Assembly: GCA_964016885.1 (NCBI GenBank)
Contig: OZ024740.1
Span: 215,636,001 to 215,700,000, forward strand
Reading direction: 5' to 3'
Source of the DNA: Eledone cirrhosa
Lineage: Eukaryota
Length of the DNA: 64,000 bases
The stretch's first letter is position 1; each line of letters starts with the position of its first letter. Under the pieces are notes generated by a model. The model ran no database searches. It was not told the origin of the DNA and worked only from the letters and a program-made list of their open reading frames with translations. Shown one piece after another: positions 18,001 through 45,096 of this stretch. A program made the translations under genes and the position numbers.

Positions 18001-20266
18001 ACACCACCAAGACTAACACCATCATCATCAACACCACCAAGACTAACATCATCATCATCATCAACACCACCAAGACTAACACCATCATCATCAACACCAC
18101 CAAGACTAACACCATCATCATCATCAACACCACCAAGACTAACATCATCATCATCATCAACACCACCAAGACTAACACCATCATCATCAACACAACCAAG
18201 ACTAACACCATCATCATCAACACCACCAGACTAACACCATCATCATCAACACCACCAAGACTAACACCATCATCATCAACACCACCAAGACTAACACCAT
18301 CATCATCAACACCACCAAGACTAACACCATCATCATCATCAACACCACCAAGACTAACACCATCATCATCAACACCACCAAGACTAACACCATCATCATC
18401 ATCAACACAACCAAGGACTAACACCATCATCATCATCAACACCACCAAGACTAACATCATCATCATCATCAACACCACCAAGACTAACACCATCATCATC
18501 ATCAACACCACCAAGACTAACATCATCATCATCTTCAACACCACCAAGACTAACACCATCATCATCAACACAACCAAGACTAACACCATCATCAACAACA
18601 CCACCAAGACTAACACCAATCATCATCAACACCACCAAGACTAACACCATCATCAGCAACACCACCAAGACTAACACCATCATCATCATCAACACAACCA
18701 AGACTAACACCATCATCATCATCAACACCACCAAGACTAACATCATCATCATCATCAACACCACCAAGACTAATACCATCATCATCATCAACACCACCAA
18801 GACTAACATCATCATCATCTTCAACACCACCAGACTAACCATCACATCAACACACCAAGACTACACCATCATCATCATCAACCACCAAGACTAACACACA
18901 TCATCATCAACACCACCAAGACTAACACCATCATCATCATCAACACCACCAAGACTAACACCATCACCATCTACACCACCAAGACTAACACCATCACCAT
19001 CAACACCACCAAGACTAACACCATCATCATCAACACCACCAAGACTAACACCATCATCATCAACACCACCAAGACTAACACCATCATCATCAACACCACC
19101 AAGACTAACATCATCATCATCAACACCACCAAGACTAACATCATCATCATCAACACCACCAAGACTAACATCATCATCATCAACACCACCAAGACTAACA
19201 CCATCATCATCAACACCACCAAGACTAACATCATCATCATCAACACCACCAAGACTAACATCATCATCATCAACACCACCAATACTAACACCATCATCAT
19301 CAACACCACCAAGACTAACACCATCATCATCAACACCACCAAGACTAACACCATCACCATCTACACACACCAAGACTAACACCTCATCATCATCAACACC
19401 ACCAAGACTAACACCATCATCATCAACACCACCAAGACTAACACCATCATCATCAACACCACCAAGACTACACCCATCATCATCAACACCACCAAGACTA
19501 ACATCATCATCAACACCACCAAGACTAACATCATCATCATCAACACCACCAAGACTAACACATCATCATCAACACCACCAAGACTAACATCATCATCATC
19601 ATCAACACCACCAAGACTAACACCATCATCATCAACACCACCAAGACTAACACATCATCATTCATCAACACCACCAAGACTAACATCATCATCATCAACA
19701 CCACCAAGACTAACATCATCATCATCACACACCAGACTACATCATCATCATCAACACCACCAAGACTAACACCATCATCATCAACACCACAAGACTAACA
19801 CCATCATCATCATCAACACCACCAAGACTAACACCATCATCATCAACACCACCAAGACTAACATCATCATCATCAACACCACCAAGACTAACACCATCAT
19901 CATCAACACCACCAAGACTAACACCATCATCATCATCAACACCACCAAGACTAACACCATCATCATCAACAGCCACAAGACTACATCATCATCACAACAC
20001 CACCAAGACTAACATCATCATCATCAACACCACCAAGACTAACACCATCATCATCAACACCACCAAGACTAACACATCATCATCAACACCACCAAGACTA
20101 ACACATCATCATCAACACCACCAAGACTAACACATCATCATCAACACCACCAAGACTAACATCCATCATCATCAACCACCACCAAGACTAACATCAATCA
20201 TCATCAACACCACCAAGACTAACACCATCATCATCATCACCACCACCAAGACTAACACCATCATCA
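1..20266. repeat. Tandem satellite/minisatellite, unit AAGACTAACA(C/T)CATCATCATCAACACCACC (30 bp; 33- and 27-bp variants by +/- one ATC), >600 copies, running off the left edge and into the gap
   Basis: Directly visible periodicity. Variants differ by ACC/ATC substitution and by ATC copy number. The + strand has only about one G per unit. Confidence 0.99.
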
Positions 20267-20466
20267 NNNNNNNNNNNNNNNNNNNNNNNNNNNNNNNNNN
20301 NNNNNNNNNNNNNNNNNNNNNNNNNNNNNNNNNNNNNNNNNNNNNNNNNNNNNNNNNNNNNNNNNNNNNNNNNNNNNNNNNNNNNNNNNNNNNNNNNNNN
20401 NNNNNNNNNNNNNNNNNNNNNNNNNNNNNNNNNNNNNNNNNNNNNNNNNNNNNNNNNNNNNNNNNN
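20267..20466. other. Assembly gap (200 N)
   Basis: Run of exactly 200 N, a round placeholder scaffold gap. Confidence 0.99.
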
Positions 20467-36975
<16,509 letters not shown>

Positions 36976-37318
36976 TCATCATCATCATCATTTCATTTTA
37001 CGTCTGCTTTTCCTGCTTGCAAGGGTGGGACGGGAACTGATGCTGGCTTGATTTCTACAGCTGGATGCCCTTCCTAACACCAACCTCATTTACAGTGAGT
37101 GCTGGGTGCTTTTTTGCCGTGGCACCTCCACGACCACTTTGCAGTGGAATGATATGGACCCCAGTCCCTATCATCTCATTTCTACAGCTGAGTAAACTGG
37201 AGCAATGTGAAATAAAGTGTCTTGCTCAAGGAAACAACACATCACCCGGTCTGAGAATTGAACTCACAACCTTTCGATTGCAAGGCCAATGCTCTAACCA
37301 CTAAGCCATGTGCCTCCA
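36976..37318 (-). mobile_element. tRNA-derived SINE (apparently full length or chimeric) with RTE-like 3' tail ending in (ATG)n
   Basis: On the minus strand: A-box TGGCTTAGTGG, B-box-like GAGTTCAATTC, TCCTTGAGCAAGACACTT body, GTTAGGAAGGGCATCCAGCTGTAGAA module, and tail ...GCAGACGTAAAATGAAATGATGATGATG. Confidence 0.8.
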
Positions 37319-37379
37319 TATATATATATATATATATCTGTATATTTATACATATATATATATATATTTGACTAAAGGA

Positions 37380-37649
37380 ATTTTAGCCTGATAATGGGGT
37401 TTAGACCCTCAGATAAATGGAAAAAGATGAGTATTGACATACATGGGAGTCGAACCCACATCTTTGGTTATCGCGACCACTGGGCTACCATTACACCAAC
37501 ACATCACCCATCTTTTTCCATTCAAATTAGAAGCTACATTCTTAGCGAGTTTAAATGGCAAGTAAGATGTGGGTTCGACTCCCATGTACGTCAATACTCA
37601 TCTTTTTCCATTTATCTGAGGGTTCTAAACCCTATTATCAGGCTAAAAT
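37380..37649. mobile_element. Fold-back (MITE-like) element with ~85-bp inverted arms containing tRNA-derived sequence
   Basis: 37380-37464 is the near-perfect reverse complement of 37564-37649, with a 99-bp spacer. It lies between TA tracts. Confidence 0.8.
37435..37505 (-). pseudogene. tRNA-like 71-nt cloverleaf (degenerate; probably a SINE head or pseudo-tRNA)
   Basis: GATGTGT-TG-GTGT-AATGGTA-GCCC-A-GTGGT-CGCGATA-ACCAA-AGAT-GTGGG-TTCGACT-CCCAT-GTATGTC-A. A-box and B-box have canonical spacing and the T-arm is good. The acceptor stem has several G-U pairs and the anticodon loop lacks U33. Confidence 0.65.
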
Positions 37650-37727
37650 ACGGCAAAATCTATTCTATTTTCTAATTTCAAACCTGCTCACTGTTTCAAA
37701 ACGTACTTACTTGATGTATATATATAT

Positions 37728-37768
<41 letters not shown>

Positions 37769-37771
<3 letters not shown>

Positions 37772-38125
37772 GACATGACAACAAGCACCCAGTCCACACT
37801 ATAAAGTCACCTACATGACCACACTATAATGTGGTCATGTAGGTGACATGACAGACAACAGCCAGCCCACACTATAAAGTGATCGTGTAGTTGTCATGAC
37901 AAAAAGCATCCAATACACACTGCAAAGTGGTTGTGTAGGTGTCACAATGAAAAGACCCCAGTACTCACTGTAAATGTGGTTGGTATTAGGGAGGGCATTC
38001 AGCAATAGAAAACCAGTTCTGTATGAACAAGACATGGTTATCTGATCTCGACTTGTCTCAAAAGGGACAATACGTCTAACCCATGCTAACTTGAAAAATG
38101 GACATTAAAAGGTGATGATGATGAT
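37769..38125 (+). mobile_element. Headless copy of the RTE-tailed SINE with 4-5 degenerate ~46-bp internal modules
   Basis: Repeated CCAGTCCACACT(G/A)TAAA modules, then TTAGGGAGGGCATTCAGC and CGTCTAACCCATGCTAAC...GGACATTAAAAGGTGATGATGATGAT tail. Confidence 0.75.
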
Positions 38126-38504
38126 ATATATATATATTGTGTGGTCTGGGGAAAGAATTAGTGTGGTTAGTGAAGCTTACAAGGTAAAAGGAAGCATAAG
38201 TGTTTGAAAAATGGAATGTTTCACATCCACTGAATCAGGTTTTTTGCATGTTAGTCTTTGTTGATTTCACATTTCACTTCTGTTCCACACATGTATCATA
38301 GAGACTCTGTTTCACAGATAGAAAGTCAATTCAGTAATCAAGAAAAGCTCCCAATCAACATAGTTAACTCAATGTCCTTCAACTGTATTGTCAATAACAG
38401 TTTCATATCAATCTTTTCATTACAACATTTCTAGTGAACAGTTGCCTATGATTTTGAAATCATTTTGAAAATAATCAAGTATTTGAGGGCCTTAATAAAA
38501 TGTC

Positions 38505-38868
38505 TACTCTCAGGTCCTAAATAATCGACCCTCCCCACTTATTAATTTTTCAACCCCCCTTTCGCTCTTATTCCAACCCCCTTCTTATTAAATTTGACAT
38601 CTATCTCTGGCGAAATTTTATTTTATGTGGTAGCATTCCTGTGATAATTAATTTCTTTAGACATTAAAAAAACATTATACATGATAAAAAAAGTACATTA
38701 CTAGAAATCCCACACGTTATAAAATAAATAGGATGGGTTGGGGTCTCAATATGTAAACTAAACGACTAATTCTGTTTTTTTTTATTAAATTAACGGAGAC
38801 AACCTAGAAAAATTACCGATTTTCCACCAACCCCCTGTGTACCCCCCCCCCCCCGTATTATGAGAGTA
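38505..38868. mobile_element. Non-autonomous DNA transposon (Tc1/mariner-like MITE, TA-bounded)
   Basis: Termini TACTCTC...GAGAGTA are inverted. Subterminal repeats CAACCCCCC..TTATT occur at both ends. The right TIR appears partly deleted. Confidence 0.55.
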
Positions 38869-38894
38869 GTTTTCTCATTATGAAGCTGGTGTTG

Positions 38895-39115
38895 AAGGTG
38901 GCTGATTGAAAGAACTAGTGGAGTGTTGGACACATACTTAGCTGTATTAGTTCTGACTCTTTACATTCTGAGTTCAAATCCTGCCGAAGTCAACTTCACC
39001 TTTCATCATTCTGCGGCCATTAAAATAGTACCAGTTATGTACTGGGGTAAATATAATTGGCTTTCCCCTTCCCCATCCCTGAAATGTTCCAATGTTGGAA
39101 AGAAAGAATTATTAA
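38895..39115 (+). mobile_element. Second tRNA-derived SINE family (degenerate copy)
   Basis: TTCTGAGTTCAAATCCTGCCGAAGTCAACTTCACCTTTCATC...AAAATAGTACCAGTT..ACTGGGG; reverse-complement homologue of copies at 39412, 41248, 61685 and 61912. Confidence 0.75.
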
Positions 39116-39411
39116 ACTTGTAAAAATTATGATGGAAGGTTTCTTTAATAAATATAACCAGTTTGTAATGTTGTATTGTAGAAGCAGGGCTAGTCTCATG
39201 TTGGTTTGATATCTAAAAGGTTTTACATATAAATGACTCATTACTGTTGAATAAGAAACATACATGAAACTATCACACTAAATACATATTTCACACATTT
39301 TCTTTTACTGCTTAATCAGTGAAAGGAGTATGCCCATTTATGTATATGTACAAAAGGAAGGTTGTATGACACCTGTGTGTGGTACATAATGCTGCGTGAT
39401 AGCAATTGATG

Positions 39412-39586
39412 CAGCAATTTGAAGGAAAGGAGAAAGTTGATTAAATCGACATCAGTGTATTACTGGTACTTAATTTTATTAACCACGTAAGGATGAAAGG
39501 CAAAATTAACCTCGGTGGGATTTGAACTCAGAACATAAAGGGCTGTAACTATGCCGCGAAGCATGTTATCCGATGCTCTACCAATT
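39412..39586 (-). mobile_element. Second SINE family copy
   Basis: ACTGGTACTTAATTTTATT...AAGGATGAAAGGCAAAATTAACCTCGGTGGGATTTGAACTCAGAAC shared with the other copies. Confidence 0.8.
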
Positions 39587-39716
39587 ACTTTTACAATATA
39601 AACAATATTCAGCCCATGTTATCGAGAAACATGCTTAAAGATGATGATAATGATGATGATTGTTTTATGCAGTAAAACCATGTTTCACATTCAACAAATT
39701 GGCCTCTGCCTTAGTG

Positions 39717-39949
39717 GCCAAAATGGGATTCCTCCAAAGAGTCTTTGGAGTAACATTACTCGATAAAGCTCAGAGATCAGTGAGTCACTCCTGGTAGAGC
39801 TGCTACTTCTCTGAATTAAGAGATCACAGCTCCTATACTATGGACATGAGGTTAGAATGTCTCAGGAAAGAATCGCTGGACAAATTTTACTAGCAAAACC
39901 AAACAGCAGGAGACCCTGGGGTAGACCCTGAGCAAACTGGTTGGATAAC
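39717..39949 (+). mobile_element. Degenerate RTE-clade LINE fragment (ORF2 C-terminus)
   Basis: With one frameshift it translates to AKMGFLQRVFGVTLLDKAQRS/ESLLVELLLL*IKRSQLLYYGHEVRMSQERIAGQILLAKPNSRRPWGRP*ANWLDN, matching the RTE/BovB-Expander pattern EMxFLRR..L.DK...QLRWxGHVxRM...GRRPRGRP..W. Confidence 0.8.
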
Positions 39950-40077
39950 GAAGAAGACTCCGGTTAGCCATCTAGTAATACATTAATATATCCATAACTA
40001 GAAGTTAGTTTTTTCCATATAAGACAAAGATAACTTAGAGGAAAGTGTTCCATGTGAGAAATTGTACCTTTTAGTCC

Positions 40078-40329
40078 AAACTAGTGGTGTATGTCAAACA
40101 CAATATTGGTTATGGTAAGTCAAACTAGTGGTGTATGTCAAACACAATATTGGTTGTGGTGTATGTCAAACACAACATTTGTTATGGTAAGTCAAACTAG
40201 TGATGTATGTCAAACACAATATTGGTTATGGTAAGTCAAACAACTGGTGTATGTCAAACACAATATTGGTTATGGTAAGTCAAACAACTGGTGTATGTCA
40301 AACACAATATTGACTATGGTAAGTCAAAC
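40078..40329. repeat. ~44-bp minisatellite, ~6 copies (AAACTAGTGGTGTATGTCAAACACAATATTGGTTATGGTAAGTC)
   Basis: Direct tandem periodicity, with one truncated unit. Confidence 0.9.
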
Positions 40330-41040
40330 CAAAGAAGGAAAGCCAACTGTTAGTAGAAAGAAAGTACAGAGAGCCAGAGGAGTCTCTGGTCTTGGATATA
40401 TTCCATACTGTTGTCATGGAAACAAATACAGCGAGTGGGAAGGTGGAGGATTAAGAACATCTAATTGAGTCGGAAGATAAGCGAGGCATCTGTTAAATAC
40501 AGCTTGCTGTGAGTTTCCAATTAGATTTGTCCTTCAAAGAAGTATTTCTAGCACCGACAGCCAGAGAGTAAACAAGGTGTTGGAAGAATGCTGGCCAGTG
40601 TAGTAAAGAAGAAAAGATAAAAAGAGAAGTCTAAAACTAAGTTAGCACTTCTGGCTGAAGGACAACAGTTTGGTGGCCAAACTACAAATTAATATTTTTC
40701 AATTAATATATTTCATTATATTCATATTCTTACATATATTACTACCTTTCACTCCCCATCCCCTCTCTGTATATATAAATGAGATCGAAATTACTGAATA
40801 TCGATCTAAGCCCTTATTATATATATATATATTTCTGTATCTATTGTTGTTGTGATATATGTATGGCTACTGCTTTTTCTTGGTGTCACACTTTTAACTG
40901 TTGTGTTTACTCTAGACGGTAATGTATTAACATACCGCTCTATTAAGTGTTTTGTGATTGCTTCAAACATCTCGATTAGTACCTGCTATATGGCAAATAC
41001 AACTTCAATTCATACCTAATATAATTATATTTATATCAAC

Positions 41041-41096
41041 ATCATCATCATCATTTTATGTCCGCTTTTCCTTGCAGCAAGAGTGGGATGGGTCGT
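41041..41096 (-). mobile_element. 3' tail stub of the RTE-tailed SINE
   Basis: (ATC)n-ATTTTATGTCCGCTTTTCCTTGCAGCAAGAGTGGGATGG, similar to 36976-37033. Similar stubs occur at ~44848-44880, ~49062-49103 (+) and ~58738-58768. Confidence 0.6.
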
Positions 41097-41247
41097 CTTC
41101 AGCACAACATCTCTCCATTTGTCATCTTATGATCTTCGGTAAGCTCTCACCACCTCCGCCCATATTTTTTGTGGTCTTCCTCTACTTTATCTTCCTTCCA
41201 TCGGGATTTCTTGGCACTTCTTCACCCAGCAGTTAGAAATATATAAT

Positions 41248-41432
41248 TATTGTTTCTACTTTTTGGCACAAGGCCAGCAATTACCCAGTGCATTACTGGT
41301 ACTTTATTTTATCGACCCCGTAAGGATGAAAGGCAAAGTCAACCTCAGCGGGATTTGAACTCAGATCGTTAAGGGACGTAACTATGCTGGAAAGCATGGC
41401 ATCCGACCCTCTACCGATACTGCCAATCCACC
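41248..41432 (-). mobile_element. Second SINE family copy
   Basis: TTTTGGCACAAGGCCAGCAATT...ACTGGTACTTTATTTTATCGACCCCGTAAGGATGAAAGGCAAAGTCAACCTCAGCGGGATTTGAACTCAG. Confidence 0.85.
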
Positions 41433-41782
41433 GATATATAATTATATTAGACAAATATATATATATTTGTCTATTTATTTCCCCAGTTATAAAAGCTCTG
41501 TCTGATTTCCATGTTGCCTTTTTGCAGGGTCCACATTCTGTCTACAGGATACTTTCTCTCTCCCTTCCACCAGTCTTAGAAGCCTTGAAAAAGGTCCTTA
41601 GCATTTACCTTCTGATTCAATAGGTTGAAGTGTTAATAACTGCTAATCCTAGCAATAATTTATATGTTGGCATGATTTACATTTTTCTGAAAATGAATGA
41701 TTTAGTTAATTGACTCTACCAGTATATCACTGGTACTTATTTTATTGTTTCTACTGAAAAGCAAAGCAGAAGAAGTGCTCAC

Positions 41783-41893
41783 GTGATTTGCTCATTGATG
41801 TCCTGAAGTGCATCATTTTTTCATCTGTGTCACATCCAGCAAACTGAAGTATCGTTGCATTGCTGAAAACTGGGTCATTAGTTTTCACTTGTT
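41783..41893 (-). other. Candidate isolated 111-nt exon (phase 1-1), peptide QVKTNDPVFSNATILQFAGCDTDEKMMHFRTSMSKS
   Basis: Minus strand shows GCTAAC branch-like motif, pyrimidine tract, TAG acceptor, a stop-free frame and a GTGAGC donor. No partner exons or recognised homology. Confidence 0.2.
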
Positions 41894-42891
41894 CTATATT
41901 GCATAGTTATAGAAGAAAATCCGAGAGAAAGTTAGCAAGAACAAATAAATTGAAATATTACCACAAACATCACATTCTAGAAGCTTGGCACCACTCTATG
42001 GTATCTAAACTATAATAAAGGAAGGTCTGCGGGATTGCGTACGGTTTTTTTATTTTTATCCCGTTAGTAAAATAAGTCGGATTACTTTGAATAAATAATG
42101 AATGAATATTACATAATTTATCTACTAAATTTCGTAAACAAAAATAATTTTGTAAAAATAAATAATTTAAAATTGACTTCTTTTCAAAGTTGCACTTCCG
42201 GTATACCGTTGCCACCACCACCACTTCAACTACCATATATATAGAAAGAGAGAGTGTGTGATGTCAACACTTCCAGTGGCGATCACTTAAATAAACATAC
42301 TAATTTTCTGTCACAAATTTTCTCCTAATGCAGTTTATATATAATATCGTCTGTTTTAATGTATCATGGATTACGTTACTGATTACATAAGACAGTGTAA
42401 CGTAGTCTTCGTTCAATTTCTGTTTATATTGTCAATTACGATTTTATTTGATGTATCATATCTACATGTATATATACCTGCGTATAATATCAATATACAC
42501 ACTACACATGCTAGCAGAAAACTACTTGAAGGGTGGTTTTTCTGTTAGTAGGTGTAATAATGGCTGTTGTAAGAAGTGATGGATATAGATATGTATATAA
42601 AGACTTTATTTGATAAATAATGTCACAACTCAATATATGGTTTAAGTAAAGAGAGAGAGGGAGAGAGAACTCACCTATCACATGATACATTAGATTGTTA
42701 AAGAAAAGTGGAACCAACCACAAGAAGGTTGTCTCAATATCTGATATGTCAGCCATGTTCTTTCAACTTGATAATGTCGAACAAACGCCTCAAGGAAATG
42801 GGATTCCATCTTCTTTTCATGGACAAAATAGAATGAATACATGAACAAAAGGTATATAATTTATCAAGACTATCAGAATAAGCCGCCACAA

Positions 42892-43008
42892 AGGTGTTTG
42901 ACTTAGTGGTTAGAGAATTGGATTCACAATCATGAGGTTGTGAGTTTGATTCCGTAACTGGGCAATGCATTATATCCTTTAGCAAGACATTTTATTTCAT
43001 GTTGTTCT
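42892..43008 (+). mobile_element. tRNA-derived SINE head (same family as 37176-37318)
   Basis: TGACTTAGTGGTTAGAG...GGTTGTGAGTTTGATTCC...TCCTTTAGCAAGACATTTTATTTCA, followed by a 30-bp tandem duplication (~42995-43058). Confidence 0.75.
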
Positions 43009-43280
43009 TTCTGCCAGTAGATAGTTTCATGTTGTTCTTTTGGCCAGTAGATAGTTTCAGCAATGGAAAGACCAATGGAAACATTATTTCTTCAGTCTTA
43101 TTTGATGAGTTCCACCCCACTCGGTAAAGGAATGAGATATTGGATCTAGTCGATTGATTCCCCATCTGAATAAGATAATTTCTTCTGAAAACTGATTTAT
43201 ATTGATGATAGTTTAGTAGTGTAGTTAAAAGTTTGACAATTTAGAGACACCCTCCCTCATCTGTATGGGTGTCAACAGTT

Positions 43281-43490
43281 TTAATCCTTTAAGAACCAAC
43301 CTGAAACTATCCCTGGTCCTATGATACAAAACCTTTTGTTTTTAAGTGTTTATATTTATCTAAAAACCTCTCTCCATAACTTTATATAAGAACCTTGGTT
43401 ATGCTCTGAAGACCAGCTTAAAAATAAGAAAGTTAAGTATATTACTAAATTCTTCTAATTTCTTGAGAAATATGGTAACAAAAGAGTTAA
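43281..43490. mobile_element. TTAA-bounded piggyBac-like MITE
   Basis: TTAATCCTTT...AAAGAGTTAA degenerate TIRs with TTAA ends. Internally similar to 60547-61144. Confidence 0.55.
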
Positions 43491-44002
43491 TAGAAATAGA
43501 GGTACATCACTGGTTTTCTGGTGCACTTGATTCCAGAGCCATGTCATATTAACTGTTTTGCTGGACCAGATAATAATTCACCAGAATCATATTATGAAGA
43601 TGGAAATGCTTCCCTTTCCCTCGACTATAAGGATATGATGTTGCTAAGCTTTAAAACTAAATCTAACACCACATACAGAGGATTCAAGAGCTAAAGTTGA
43701 ACGAAATATAGTACGAGAAAAAAATATTGCCATTCATTGACCAGTAATAATATTTTTTTATCTTGCAAGTAGAAAAGATATCTCTGAACAATGCCATATC
43801 TTGCCAAAGTGATAGTGGTGGAATTGTTGCAGGAAAGATGTAAAGATACAAAAATGTATATTTGTTGGCATAGACAAATATAGAATTGCTGAGGAATTCA
43901 ATAATTCAGAGATATCATGTAGAAACAGAAGGTCAGTGGGTGTCAACTTGAGCCATCAAGATCAAAGTATTTTTTACACCTTTCACTTAAACATCCTACA
44001 GA

Positions 44003-44836
44003 CCCCAGTCCACACTGTAAAATGGTCATTTTGGTGACACAACAAAAAGTAGCCAGTCCACACTGTAAAATAGTCGTTCTGTCTAAACCCATGCTAGCGT
44101 GGAAGATAGACGTTAAACGATGATGATGATGATGATGATAACAAAAAGTGTCCAGTCCACACTGTAAAATGGTCGTTTTGGTGACAACAAAAAGTGTCCA
44201 GTCCACACTGTAAAATAGTCGTTTTGGTGACAACAAAAAGTGTCCAGTCCACACTGTAAAATGGTCGTTTTGGTGACAACAAAAAGTGTCCAGTCCACAC
44301 TGTAAAATGGTCGTTATGGTGACAACAAAAAGTGTCCAGTCCACACTGTAAAATGGTCGTTTTGGTGACAACAAAAAGTGTCCAGTCCACACTGTAAAAT
44401 GGTCGTTTTGGTGACAACAAAAAGTAGCCAGTCCACACTGTAAAATGGTCGTTATGGTGACAACAAAAAGTGTCCAGTCCACACTGTAAAAATGGTCGTT
44501 TTTGGTGACAACAAAAAGTAGCCAGTCCACACTGTAAAACGATCATGCTGGTGCCACAACAAAAAGTGTCTAGTCCACACTGTAAAATGGTTGTGTTGGT
44601 GCGACGACAAAAAGTGTCCAGTCTACACTGTAAAATTGTCATTTTAGTGCCACGATAAAAAGCACCCAGTTCACACTGTAAATGTGGTTTGTGTTAGGAA
44701 GGGCATCCAGTCAGAGAACTGAAGCCAGAAAAACGATCTGTATATGCAAGACACGGTCGCCTGATCTGACTTATCTCACAATGGGACAACTTGTCTAACC
44801 CATGCTAGCATGGAAAAATAAACATGAAACAGTGAT
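44003..44836 (+). mobile_element. Tandem RTE-tailed SINE copies with an internal 46-bp array (~12 units, 44140-44685)
   Basis: Unit GTGACAACAAAAAGTGTCCAGTCCACACTGTAAAATGGTCGTTTTG. A (GAT)n tail lies at 44119-44139, then GTTAGGAAGGGCATCCAG and TCTAACCCATGCTAGCATGGAAAA at the 3' end. Confidence 0.85.
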
Positions 44837-45096
44837 ACACACACACATCTGCTTTTCCATGCTGGCATGGATTGGATTGGTCATTGCAGACCAAGTTAGT
44901 ACTTAAACGGAGCTACTGCCCTCATAAATAGGTTAGGGAGTAGTGTCTCACTCGATACAAAATAACATATTATTTCATATAAAGTACATATTTCATATTG
45001 TGGTATGTGATAGTGTAGAGCACATGTTTAATGTTGTGGTTTTCATGCCTTTCCATGAGCATTAATAATACAATTGAAATATTTCTTATTTAGAAG

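Noticed and set aside
2525-19978. Very long ORFs (GVSLGGVDDD, TTKTNTIIIN and MMMVLVLVVL repeats, up to 1792 aa)
   Set aside because: These are by-products of a 30/33-bp satellite that lacks stops in several frames on both strands. There are no unique N- or C-termini, no signal peptide and no splice context.
37435-37505. Functional tRNA gene
   Set aside because: Four G-U pairs in the acceptor stem, D-stem and anticodon-stem mismatches and no U33; treated as tRNA-derived instead.
43095-43120. VLFDEFHP as a helicase Walker B motif
   Set aside because: There is no convincing Walker A and the surrounding frame is full of stops, so it is likely chance.
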